A stretch of 64,000 bases of DNA. Origin: an uncultured Methanoregulaceae archaeon (GTDB taxonomy: Archaea > Halobacteriota > Methanomicrobia > Methanomicrobiales > Methanospirillaceae). Shown piece after piece: positions 9,435 to 18,704 of this stretch. The notes beneath the pieces are model-generated. The model was given only the letters and a program-made list of their open reading frames with translations. It was not told the origin of the DNA and did not search any database. The position numbers and the translations under genes are program-made. The stretch's first letter is position 1; each line of letters begins with the position of its first letter. The stretch spans positions 128,001-192,000 of the forward strand of contig CAWJAX010000005.1 in the NCBI GenBank assembly GCA_963841015.1. Reading direction: 5' to 3'.

Positions 9435-10968
9435 ATGGACATTGCGTATAGCATAAACGAGATCGAAACACAGGTTGGAAAACTGTCCCCCATGCAGAAA
9501 TTCCTTCTTGGCACCGATGGCTCGGTCACGCAGATTCTGGAAGCGATTACCGGGAAACCGGTTGTAATCGAAACCCGGGTACAAAAAATCGTAAAAGCCG
9601 ATCCTGCAACGGCAGAATTTCTCGGGATCGGGCAGGGAGAACCTGTTAATTATCGTGTAGTTGAGATCAAGACTCCTGCAAGCGGTGAAGTGTTGATCTA
9701 TGCAATATCTCATACACCTCTTGCCCGCCTCTCTCCGGAATTCAAAGATGACCTGATGAAAGCAGATGTTCCTATCGGGAGGATCATTCAGAATCACCGG
9801 ATTGAGGCTCGACGCGAGATCCTCAATACCCGGGTTTCTCCGGCATCAGAAGAAACGGGCAGGATATTTTCCCTCTGCAGCAAAGAACCGCTGCTCAGCC
9901 GGGCAGTACCGTATTATTCACGAGGGTAAACCGCTCATCTTTATTGAAGAGCAGTTTCCGTACAACAAGTTCCTCGATGAACGGAGGGTAATTGTTCAGA
10001 CACCGTCACGCCTGCATCTTACGCTCATCGATATGCATGGGGGTTCCGGGCGGGTGGACGGGGGTGTAGGAATCACTCTCGATGAACCAGGAATCCTTAT
10101 CGAAGTGCACCAAAGCGCTGTACTTGAAGTAAAGGGTTGTGACAGCATGACGCGGGAGCGTATTATGGATACCGCCCGTCAGGTCCTGAAAGGTTTACAT
10201 GCCGGGAGTAACGTATCCATAATGGTTCGGAATTACTACCCGTCACATGTCGGTCTTGGCAGTGGATCACAGCTCATGCTAGCAATTGCCCGGGGAATCG
10301 CTGAGATTTATGGCAGGGTGATTCCAGTAAAAGAACTTGCCCTTCTGGTCGGCCGCGGGGGCACATCCGGGATTGGAACTGCCGCGTTTGAACTCGGGGG
10401 TTTTATTGTTGATGGAGGGCACGCATTCGGACAATACCGCGAAAAATCAGAATTCCGGCCGTCCCGAGCGTCAAGGGGTGTGAGGGCCCCCCCCATTGTT
10501 GCACGCCACGATTTTCCTTCAGACTGGCGAATTTTGCTTGCAATACCCGATCTCCCTGCTGGTGCGAGTGGCACAGGAGAAACAGATATCTTCAGGAACC
10601 ACTGCCCGGTTCCTGTTGAGGAGGTGCGGGAACTCTGCCATGAGATTCTGATGCGGATGCTTCCCGGTATTGTACAAAAAGATCTCGACCTGTTTGGTTC
10701 ATCGGTCAATGCCATCCAGGAACTTGGATTCAAAAAGGTCGAACTCAGCCTGCAGCCACCAGAAATCCCCCGACTAATTGAAGGGCTGCGTTCAGCGGGC
10801 GCAGCATGTGCCGGAATGAGCTCATTTGGCCCTGCTGTCTATGCTATCGGTGATACAGATATGAGGGGAATTGAGCAGGCAGCCAGAACTTTCATGAGCG
10901 AACACCGCGGTGGATCAACCTTGATCACTTCTGGCCGGAACAAAGGGGCACAGGTCAGGATTGCGTAA
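9435..10968 (+). CDS. Chorismate pyruvate-lyase (DUF98/UbiC-like) fused to beta-RFA-P synthase (GHMP family), one extra G near 9901-9903
   Basis: LLGTDGSVTQILE...DVPIGRII...LLSR|QYRIIH...IEEQFP runs directly into VQTPSRLHLTLID...HVGLGSGSQ...GRGGTSGIG...GMSSFGP. Confidence 0.85.
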
Positions 10969-11019
10969 ATATCCGAAGAGGAAGGATGAAAAAATCCACC
11001 CGAAATGTCAGGAAAAAAA

Positions 11020-11529
11020 TTACAGCATCTTCTGCATCCAGACCATATCGAACGGCTCGCCGAATTTACTGCCTGCATTTTTCAACCTGCCCGCTTCGGT
11101 AAAACCGCACCGGGAATGAAATTGGATACTCGATCTGTTTTTTGAGGCCATATTTGCCACAAGTGAGGTCATGCCCATATTTTTCGCATCGTCAGTGAGC
11201 CTGTCGAGAAGTTTTTTCCCGAGATGTATGTGGGTATACTCCGGCTGGATAAAATAGGTCAGCATACCTGTTGTCATAAAAGCAGGAAACGGCATGAGCG
11301 GCTTCATTAATCCAAAACCCACAACCTGTGCTTCATGCTCAAGAACATAAAATCCAAGTGCCCCTTCATGTAAGAACGCAAAGAACCGGTCGTTGACGGG
11401 TATTTCAGGATATACAGCGTAACTGGTTGCAGCATAATAATTAAAAATCGCGAGGATAGCTTCGCGATCACTTTCACGGACTTCGCGGATGACCACTTCG
11501 TTGTGCCTGTGATGCTTCTCGTTTTTCAT
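11020..11529 (-). CDS. GNAT N-acetyltransferase (phosphinothricin acetyltransferase-like)
   Basis: IREVRESD..., LGKKLL, NRSSIQFHSRCGF...GSKFG...DMVWMQK. Confidence 0.85.
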   Translation of the reverse strand: MKNEKHHRHNEVVIREVRESDREAILAIFNYYAATSYAVYPEIPVNDRFFAFLHEGALGFYVLEHEAQVVGFGLMKPLMPFPAFMTTGMLTYFIQPEYTHIHLGKKLLDRLTDDAKNMGMTSLVANMASKNRSSIQFHSRCGFTEAGRLKNAGSKFGEPFDMVWMQKML

Positions 11530-11584
11530 AAAAAAACCCGGATTGACCTATAGTGATTGTTTTTTGTGTATTTTTTATTTATTC

Positions 11585-11793
11585 GGCTCTGTAGAATTCC
11601 TTTTCCATTGATATGAAATTCAAGATGCTGGTACGAATGAAGGAGGGGACAGTGCCTGTCCCCCCATGCCGCCCCTGCGCTGAGCGATGATGACGTTGCA
11701 CCTGTTCGGGAGTTATCGCATCGGGGGAGCCACAGCGGCGGGGGTGAAACCCCCTTGAGCGTTTAGCTTGTAATTGAGCATTTCTACAGAGCA
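11585..11793. mobile_element. MITE (non-autonomous IS5-family, probably ISH1-group derivative)
   Basis: TIR GCTCTGTAGAA (11586-11596) pairs with TTCTACAGAGC (11782-11792). Direct repeat ATTTATTC at 11577-11584 and 11794-11801. No transposase inside. Confidence 0.82.
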
Positions 11794-11845
11794 ATTTATT
11801 CAGGATTTTGTTCTTTCAACCAGGGAGAGGAAAAACATGAGGTTA

Positions 11846-12359
11846 TTAGAAATAGACCCGCTTAAAGATTAGGCCGTTGTTGCCGGTCTCATCGGATAGT
11901 ATCATATCTTCACCTTTCACCCCGTAGAAGCTGAGAGTTTTTCAGGAGGGCGAAGTATTCCGATTCCTGTTCCATTACTCCCGGGGGTTCAGTGCAGTAG
12001 GTCATCGGGCTTCGTATATGGCTTATCGAAATATTTTTTTTACCGGCCTGCCACAATCCTGTGTAAGGGTTACAGCTGTCGAATCCACTGAAACTCCCGT
12101 TATTATGGAACGTCAGCTGGATACCTGTTAACCGGACCGGGACTTTGGGAGCTCCATTGATAATCAATGCTTTTGCATACCATGGCCCAATCAGGTCTGA
12201 AGGGTCATTCCCTGCCGGGGAAATTACATCCAGACCTGTTTGCAGAGTTTCTGTTGAATCGGATGTCTTTCCTGGTCCGTAATCTGTACAACCGGCCGCA
12301 AAGATGAATCCCGCCATCACCAGGGTGATTACCATGCCTGAACATCTCATACCATTCAT
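11846..12359 (-). CDS. META-domain lipoprotein (one extra base near 11933)
   Basis: Lipobox FAAGC, FSGFDSCNPYTG, MTYC...MEQESEYFALL. The C-terminus continues in the shifted frame as SFYGVKGEDMILSDETGNNGLIFKRVYF*. Confidence 0.75.
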
Positions 12360-12410
12360 CCAGTGTTTTTACTTCATTGATACTATGATTTCCACCATTG
12401 TTAAAAATGC

Positions 12411-13301
12411 TTATTTCCCGATTTTCACGAGCATCTCTTCTAAGGAGGGGTAGCGTGACTCGATCTTTTCCACTTTTCCTCCGGCTTCCACAACAAGCCC
12501 GGTATATTCGTTGAGCTCGCTTATGTTCTCTGCATCGCAGATGTAGAATCCTTCTTCCTTCCGGTAGGTTTTTGAATGCCCGATCAGTTTACCCGGGTCA
12601 TCTATCGAAAAGAAGATCGTATACGTCAATGAACCAAACTGGTCGCGAAGCTGATTCATGTTCCCAAAAGCAACCATTTTGCCACGTTTCAGGATCATCA
12701 CCTTATCACAGACTGCCTCCACCTGGTAGAGGTTATGTGCCGAGAGAACGATCGTTTTGCCATCCTTTTTAAGCGTACGGAGGTAATCGGCAATGAACCG
12801 TGATGTCATTGGATCAAGTCCGCTCGTCGCTTCATCATACACAAGAAATTTCGGATCATGGATAAGCGAGCGGGCGATTGCAACTTTCCGCTTCATACCC
12901 TTGCTGAATTCGCCGATTTTCTTCCCGTTGGGCTCAAGCGAAAGCGCGGCGAAAAGCTGGGTTGACCGGACCCGGATCTCCTGCGCAGACAACCCGTAAA
13001 TTTCACCGAAAAACGCGAGATAGTTCTCAGCAGTCATTGTTTCATACAGCCGTGACTCTTCGGGCAGGTAACCCAGAGTTTCCTTGAGGGTCATCGGGTT
13101 TTTCACCACATCCACATCGTTGATATACAGTTCGCCGGATGTTGGTGCGATCAGGCCGGAAATAATTTTGAGGAGCGTTGTCTTACCTGCGCCGTTATGC
13201 CCGATTATCCCGAAGATCTCGCCATCTTCAAAGGCAAAGCTCACATCGTCCAGTGCAGAAAAGGTGTCGAATTTTTTCGTCAGGTTACGGGCAGTAATCA
13301 T
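12411..13301 (-). CDS. ABC transporter ATP-binding protein (ABC-2 exporter type)
   Basis: Walker A GHNGAGKT, signature FSKGM, Walker B VYDE, H-loop. Confidence 0.95.
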   Translation of the reverse strand: MITARNLTKKFDTFSALDDVSFAFEDGEIFGIIGHNGAGKTTLLKIISGLIAPTSGELYINDVDVVKNPMTLKETLGYLPEESRLYETMTAENYLAFFGEIYGLSAQEIRVRSTQLFAALSLEPNGKKIGEFSKGMKRKVAIARSLIHDPKFLVYDEATSGLDPMTSRFIADYLRTLKKDGKTIVLSAHNLYQVEAVCDKVMILKRGKMVAFGNMNQLRDQFGSLTYTIFFSIDDPGKLIGHSKTYRKEEGFYICDAENISELNEYTGLVVEAGGKVEKIESRYPSLEEMLVKIGK

Positions 13302-13636
13302 GAACAGTATCCTTGTCGATCAGACTTGCCCGGGGTGAAACATATACCTTGGGATTCGGGCAGTCCTTTCATGGTGATCCTGGTTGAAAAAGCAGGTTTC
13401 AATTCTGCAGGTACGTAAATTGCGAAGCGGAAATGACCATACTGGTAGGCGCTGGAAAAGGAAAGGTGCATGAAACCCAGTACTGGCAATACCGTGAAAG
13501 AAGGGAGACCTGCTATGTCAACACCGATGATTATTTGACCAATACCCTATAGAACTCTGTACTCACCCTTTACCCGCAGTGGTTCATACAATACCGTAAT
13601 GGCAGTAGTTACCGTCAACCAGAGAAAGGATTGATC

Positions 13637-15445
13637 ATGAGCACACTTACTGACATAGCCACCATCGCACGATGGGAAGTGAAAAAATCCTTCTCCATGA
13701 TGAGCCGGGACGTCCTGCCGGTATCTATTATCCTTTTTGTCCTGCTCATGCTGGTGACGGGTTTTTCCGCCCAGACCGGATTGCACCTGCAGGACGGAAT
13801 GTACGAAGTGGGCGTGGATGACCCCCAGATTGCCCAGCTTCTTGCCAGCGATGCACGGTTCTCTGTTTACCTGCTTGATACACCCCTCCTGAACGCAAAC
13901 AGGGACGCCTTTGATCTCATTATTGTGCAGGGTACCGTGTATAGCAGTGAGACTGACAAGGCTGATTCAGCACAAAAAACCCTCGAACGTGATTATGCGA
14001 AATATATCAATAGCATCTACAATACAGAAGATGATCTCTTTGCTGCATACCCGCTCTGGATCGACACCCAGAGTGTAAAAAGCGAACTCACCTTTTTAGC
14101 AACCCAGAGCGGACAGTATGTCAGTGCTGCCCCTCGCCGGATTGCTCCTGTCCCTGAAGGCGAAGTAAAAAATGTTCCCACTCCGTCACCGACACTCGCG
14201 ATCTCACAGGAAGAGCTGCGCCAGAAACTGGTCCAGTCGAATGCAAAGAATTCCCAGATCTCACGCTACACTGAGGTGCTGTCAACAACTGACAGCTCGA
14301 TGGGGGACTTCAAGACACCATCCCAGCTCTCCCCTCCTCTCCCTTTTGATTCCATCATCTTAGTCTTCATTTTTATCTTCCCGCTCTACTTTACCTCCCA
14401 GTTCTTCATGATGAGCATCATGAACGAGAGAATCGAGCGCAAGGGCGAGATCCTCCTCTCCACACCTCTCAGGTCATCGTCAATTATCATCGGTAAGGCA
14501 CTCCCGTATTTTATCGGTATGGTTGTCATATGCGCCGGACTTACCGTTTACATCAGGGCGTCAACGGTGATCATTCTTCCCCTCATCCCGGTCATTTTCT
14601 TCTTCCTGGCAAATGCTCTGCTTATCGGGATGCTCGCACGCAGTTTCAAAGAACTCTCGTTTCTATCGATCTTCTTCTCAACTGTTGCAACTTCCTACCT
14701 TTTCTTCCCGAGTATTTTTGCCAATGTCCACGTTATCAGCCTCATCTCCCCTCTCACTCTTATTGTCCTCACCATTCAGGGTTCTTCCTGGACGATCACC
14801 GACTATCTTTACTCTACTTCGCTTTTCTGGCTTACGGGTGCTGTAATCTTCTACATCACCGCAAGTAATTTTAAGGATGAACGACTCTTTTCCGAAAAGA
14901 GGCTTGTAACACGTCTGCGGGAATTCCTGTCAGAGATCCTGTCGCGGAATTATCCCTTCATTTCGCTCTTTTTACTCAGCGGCTTCTCTATCCCATTCGT
15001 CTTCATGGCTCAGATGATGTGCCTGGTACTCTTTTTTAACCTCCCCATGCCCTACTCGCTGGTGTTCCTGCTTTTGTTGTCGGCATTGATCGAGGAGCTT
15101 GCAAAGAGTGTGGGGATTTACACTATATTTGCCCGTGATCCTGAATTCCTTACGTGGAAAAACCTGTTCCTTGCCTGCGCAGCAACCGCAATCGGATTTC
15201 TGGTCGGGGAAAAACTGCTCCTCTTTGCCACAATCGCACAAATTTCAGACTCGGTCTTTGGCAGCATCCTCTTTTTATCACTGGGCTCTCTCTGGCTGCC
15301 ACTGCTCCTTCACTTTGTCTGTGTGCTTATTGTTGCCTGCTGCCTGAAAATCTGGGGGAAAAAAGGATATATTCCCGGCCTTGCCATCGCTGTGGTTGTG
15401 CACTGCCTGTATAATCTCTATTTCATTCTGGGGTGGATTGGATGA
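13637..15445 (+). CDS. ABC-2 type permease with C-terminal PrsW-like intramembrane protease domain
   Basis: IARWEVKK and SIMNERIERKGEILLSTP permease motifs. C-terminal IEELAK / GFLVGE / LLHF / VHCLYN motifs. Confidence 0.8.
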   Translation: MSTLTDIATIARWEVKKSFSMMSRDVLPVSIILFVLLMLVTGFSAQTGLHLQDGMYEVGVDDPQIAQLLASDARFSVYLLDTPLLNANRDAFDLIIVQGTVYSSETDKADSAQKTLERDYAKYINSIYNTEDDLFAAYPLWIDTQSVKSELTFLATQSGQYVSAAPRRIAPVPEGEVKNVPTPSPTLAISQEELRQKLVQSNAKNSQISRYTEVLSTTDSSMGDFKTPSQLSPPLPFDSIILVFIFIFPLYFTSQFFMMSIMNERIERKGEILLSTPLRSSSIIIGKALPYFIGMVVICAGLTVYIRASTVIILPLIPVIFFFLANALLIGMLARSFKELSFLSIFFSTVATSYLFFPSIFANVHVISLISPLTLIVLTIQGSSWTITDYLYSTSLFWLTGAVIFYITASNFKDERLFSEKRLVTRLREFLSEILSRNYPFISLFLLSGFSIPFVFMAQMMCLVLFFNLPMPYSLVFLLLLSALIEELAKSVGIYTIFARDPEFLTWKNLFLACAATAIGFLVGEKLLLFATIAQISDSVFGSILFLSLGSLWLPLLLHFVCVLIVACCLKIWGKKGYIPGLAIAVVVHCLYNLYFILGWIG

Positions 15446-16521
15446 AACAAAAACATCTGACTATTATTGCAAAAAAGGAGTTCCGGGGGCTTTTAAACGA
15501 GAGGACGATCCTCCTTGCAGTCCTGCTCCAGCTCTTCATCGCCATGTTCTCATCATTCCTGATGGTAGGGCTTACGTCTATGTACGACCCGTCTTCGCTC
15601 TCGAAATATTCCAGTTCCCGGTACAGTATTGCCTATGCCGGGAATGAATCGCAATTACTCTCCAATCTCCAGGCAAGCAAGGATTTCCGTGTCTACCAGA
15701 TGGATCTTTCCACGGCTGTAGCAGCTCTCAAAGAACGCAAACTGGCCGCTGTTATCTATATGCCCGATACGCAGCCAGAGGCACAGGAGCCGGTCAAGAT
15801 AACACTCTATACCCTCCAAAATGATCTCCAGACTGCTATCGTCGAAGTAAAGCTCAGGGATATTTTCCTGAAATATGAACAGGAACTCCGGGAGATCCGT
15901 GCAGACCGGTTAAAGCAGGAAGTTGTCCAGGTTCAAATCCCAAAAACGAGCGGCAGCGGGGACTTCTACGAATTTGTGTATGGCCTGCTGATCCCTCTTC
16001 TTGTCTTCATGCCAGCGATCATCGCATCGGCACTTGTCATCGACCTGATCACAGAAGAATACCAGCACGAAACGCTGGAAACCCTTATCTCAACGCCGGT
16101 CACCTTTGTGGAGATTGTCTGGGGGAAAGTGATTGCCTGCGAGGTGCTCGTACCCATCCAGGCAGGTGCATGGCTGGTTCTCCTGATGATCAACGGTATC
16201 GTAATCCTGAATTCAGGACTGATCCTGCTCCAGGTTACCGTAACTTCGCTTATCCTGATCCTGCTTGGAGCTCTCACTGCACTGCACTACCGCGAACGTA
16301 CTGCTGCACAGTTCATCTTTTCCACGGCGCTGGTAGTTGTTATCCTGTTTGCCCTTGCTTTGCCATCAAATCCCCTTAACCTGCTGACACGACTCGCTAT
16401 AGGAACAGCTGGTGGGGAACAGTGGCTTGTGCTCGGTATTACAATGGCAATAGTTATTGTTCTCAGTTTTATAACGCAATGGTATGCAGATAAAATCGGG
16501 AAAACTCACCAGACAGGTTAA
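15442..16521 (+). CDS. ABC-2 type permease
   Basis: IAKKEFRG and ITEEYQHETLETLISTP...GK motifs. ATGA overlap with the upstream gene. Confidence 0.88.
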   Translation: MKQKHLTIIAKKEFRGLLNERTILLAVLLQLFIAMFSSFLMVGLTSMYDPSSLSKYSSSRYSIAYAGNESQLLSNLQASKDFRVYQMDLSTAVAALKERKLAAVIYMPDTQPEAQEPVKITLYTLQNDLQTAIVEVKLRDIFLKYEQELREIRADRLKQEVVQVQIPKTSGSGDFYEFVYGLLIPLLVFMPAIIASALVIDLITEEYQHETLETLISTPVTFVEIVWGKVIACEVLVPIQAGAWLVLLMINGIVILNSGLILLQVTVTSLILILLGALTALHYRERTAAQFIFSTALVVVILFALALPSNPLNLLTRLAIGTAGGEQWLVLGITMAIVIVLSFITQWYADKIGKTHQTG

Positions 16522-16546
16522 GATTGGAAAAAAATGAATGGATCTT

Positions 16547-17032
16547 TTAATAATAAGGCAACATAAGGGGTTTATCAAAAATCCTGTATGTTTTTCCTGA
16601 GCTCGTGAGGAAAACCACAACCTGGTCAGTGCCCCTGGTACCGGCAATAACCATCTCGTCGCCACGACGTGGTTTTCTTGTTTTGTCGTTTAAGTACTGC
16701 TCTTCAACCTGTCCATCAGAACGGGTAACCCGCATCATGATATTCTGGACGAACATCTCTCCTTCGCCGCCATTATAGAGCAGGTGGATAGTAGCGTCTG
16801 GACGCTGTTTTTCGACGTGGATATTAACATTTTGTCCTGCTGGCAGGGTTTCGACCGCAACCGGTGTTGATACCACGGTGGAAATAGAGGATGACGTGGG
16901 TGTGACCGTGGGGAGTGTGGGAACGGTCGTTTCCGGAGGTTTTATCTCTGCCTGCATCGGGCTGGTACAACCGGCAGAGAGCGCACAGAGCACAAGCCCG
17001 AGTGCGGCTACCAGAGTGAAGGTGTATTTCAT
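16547..17032 (-). CDS. Hypothetical lipoprotein
   Basis: Signal peptide with lipobox LSAGC and a Thr/Pro-rich linker. Confidence 0.75.
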   Translation of the reverse strand: MKYTFTLVAALGLVLCALSAGCTSPMQAEIKPPETTVPTLPTVTPTSSSISTVVSTPVAVETLPAGQNVNIHVEKQRPDATIHLLYNGGEGEMFVQNIMMRVTRSDGQVEEQYLNDKTRKPRRGDEMVIAGTRGTDQVVVFLTSSGKTYRIFDKPLMLPYY

Positions 17033-17224
17033 AAAGAAAGCTTAATTTTTTTTATATTTCTGATTTGCGCTCTTCAATCGTGCTGAATGGTGTTTACCCG
17101 AAAAAAAAGGATTTTTCTGGCAGTGCGCAGGTTTCGGGCAGGAAAAATGCATGAAATGACAGAAAAGAACAGTTAAATTAAAAAGGACACCCGGATTAAC
17201 TTTACATATCAGGAGTAAAAGGGA

Positions 17225-17833
17225 ATGTTCTGTCCGAAATGTGGAAAAGAGACTGATGCTTTAGGAAAATTCTGTCAATGGTGCGGGTCGGATATTGTGG
17301 CGAACCCGGTAACACCCATCGCCACTCCTGAAGAGGTGGAGGGGCCCGAAGTCGGGATATATGCCGGCCTTGGCAGGAGATTTATTGCCTGGATTGTTGA
17401 TACAATCCTCATTCTCCTTATCGGGATAATTGTAATTACATTTTTTTCCCTGACAAACGGGTTAAGATATGCATACTACCTCCTGGTTCAGCGGGCACCG
17501 ATCGATGCTCTTACAGAAGCAGGAACTGTCGATGCGGCTGTTTTTCCGATTATAACAGCGCTGGGTGTGCTCATCATTATCATTCCGTGGCTCTATTATG
17601 CCGGCTTTGAGTCTTCTCGCAGCCAGGCAACGCCAGGTAAACTGCTGATGCGTATCATGGTGACCGATCTCGAGGGGAACAAACCAACATTTGCACGGGC
17701 TACACTTCGTCAATTTGCAAAAATCATCTCCGTGCTGATCTTCTTTATTGGATTCCTTATGATCGGGCTTACCGAGAAACGACAGGGACTCCACGACAAA
17801 ATTGCAGGTTGTCTCGTGCTCCTGCAGGAATAA
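17225..17833 (+). CDS. RDD family membrane protein with N-terminal zinc ribbon
   Basis: MFCPKCG...FCQWCG, YAGLGRRFIAWIVD, QATPGK, RQGLHDKIAG. Confidence 0.9.
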   Translation: MFCPKCGKETDALGKFCQWCGSDIVANPVTPIATPEEVEGPEVGIYAGLGRRFIAWIVDTILILLIGIIVITFFSLTNGLRYAYYLLVQRAPIDALTEAGTVDAAVFPIITALGVLIIIIPWLYYAGFESSRSQATPGKLLMRIMVTDLEGNKPTFARATLRQFAKIISVLIFFIGFLMIGLTEKRQGLHDKIAGCLVLLQE

Positions 17834-17901
17834 TAATCTCTTTTTTTTATGAATTTTTCTGATGCACCTGATTACAACCAGAGTGCAGAAAGAGAGAGAT
17901 A

Positions 17902-18156
17902 TTAACGGAATTTTATTTTCATCCAGAGTAAGAACAAGACGAGAAATAAGGTAATGATATTTGCCGCAATGATAGGAAAGGAGTTGATCCAGATCCCATA
18001 TGCTGTCCACAAAAGCATCCCTGCTGCAAAGAGGAGGAGCATAGCAAGCGAGAAATCCTTGGTCTCTTTGAGTTTCCAGGTACGGATCACCTGCGGGACA
18101 AATGAGATAGTAGTGAGGGTTCCGGCAAGGTAGCCGACAAGAACAACGATATCCAT
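17902..18156 (-). CDS. SemiSWEET / PQ-loop transporter
   Basis: 84 aa, GYLAGTLTTISFVPQVIRTWK...DFS...WTAYG...PIIAAN. Confidence 0.88.
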   Translation of the reverse strand: MDIVVLVGYLAGTLTTISFVPQVIRTWKLKETKDFSLAMLLLFAAGMLLWTAYGIWINSFPIIAANIITLFLVLFLLWMKIKFR

Positions 18157-18371
18157 AGAATTTCTCCACTATATTTATTTCTGTAATAATTTAAAACGGC
18201 GGGAGAATCGTTCGGACAGGAACCGGTTCATAGTCTGGATATTTTTTTTTACTTCGGGCCTGCGTATAGTATTTTGCATTGTAGTTCTCCAACTCAAACA
18301 AGGGGATATGAAGGGAAAAACTGAGCATGTGAGCAGGGTGAAAGTGAAAGAAAGACATAGAGAAAAGAAAA

Positions 18372-18444
18372 GGCCAGGGCCGAGATTCGAACCCGGGTCG
18401 GAGGATCCACAGTCCTCTAGGATAACCAACTACCCCACCCTGGC
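18372..18444 (-). tRNA. tRNA-His(GTG)
   Basis: Acceptor GCCAGGG/CCCTGGC with C discriminator, anticodon arm GAGGA-CTGTGGA-TCCTC, T loop GTTCGAAT. Confidence 0.95.
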
Positions 18445-18704
18445 AAATGTCCCTTTTACATTTGCACCGGACTCTGATTAATGTATCCTTGCAGATCCAT
18501 CGCCGGAAGGGGATACCAGGGTTCATTTGTGAAGGAACAGCAACCAAGGATGATAAGTGATTATTAATAGGGTCAGGTGTCCATTACATATCAGGTGGCT
18601 CTGAACACAATTCCTGGAAATTGAGGCGCGGCACATCAGGTGATTGTGCACCGGGAATTGGGTATTTTTCTTCTGAATCAGAGCGGGAACGAGGGTCTTG
18701 GAAT

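Noticed and set aside
11579-11794. 71-aa ORF spanning the MITE
   Set aside because: No transposase or other motif. It is a by-product of the GC-rich element.
18549-18605. Possible C/D box sRNA (ATGATAA...CTGA)
   Set aside because: The C box is imperfect, there are no D'/C' boxes or terminal stem, and it overlaps the likely infB promoter.
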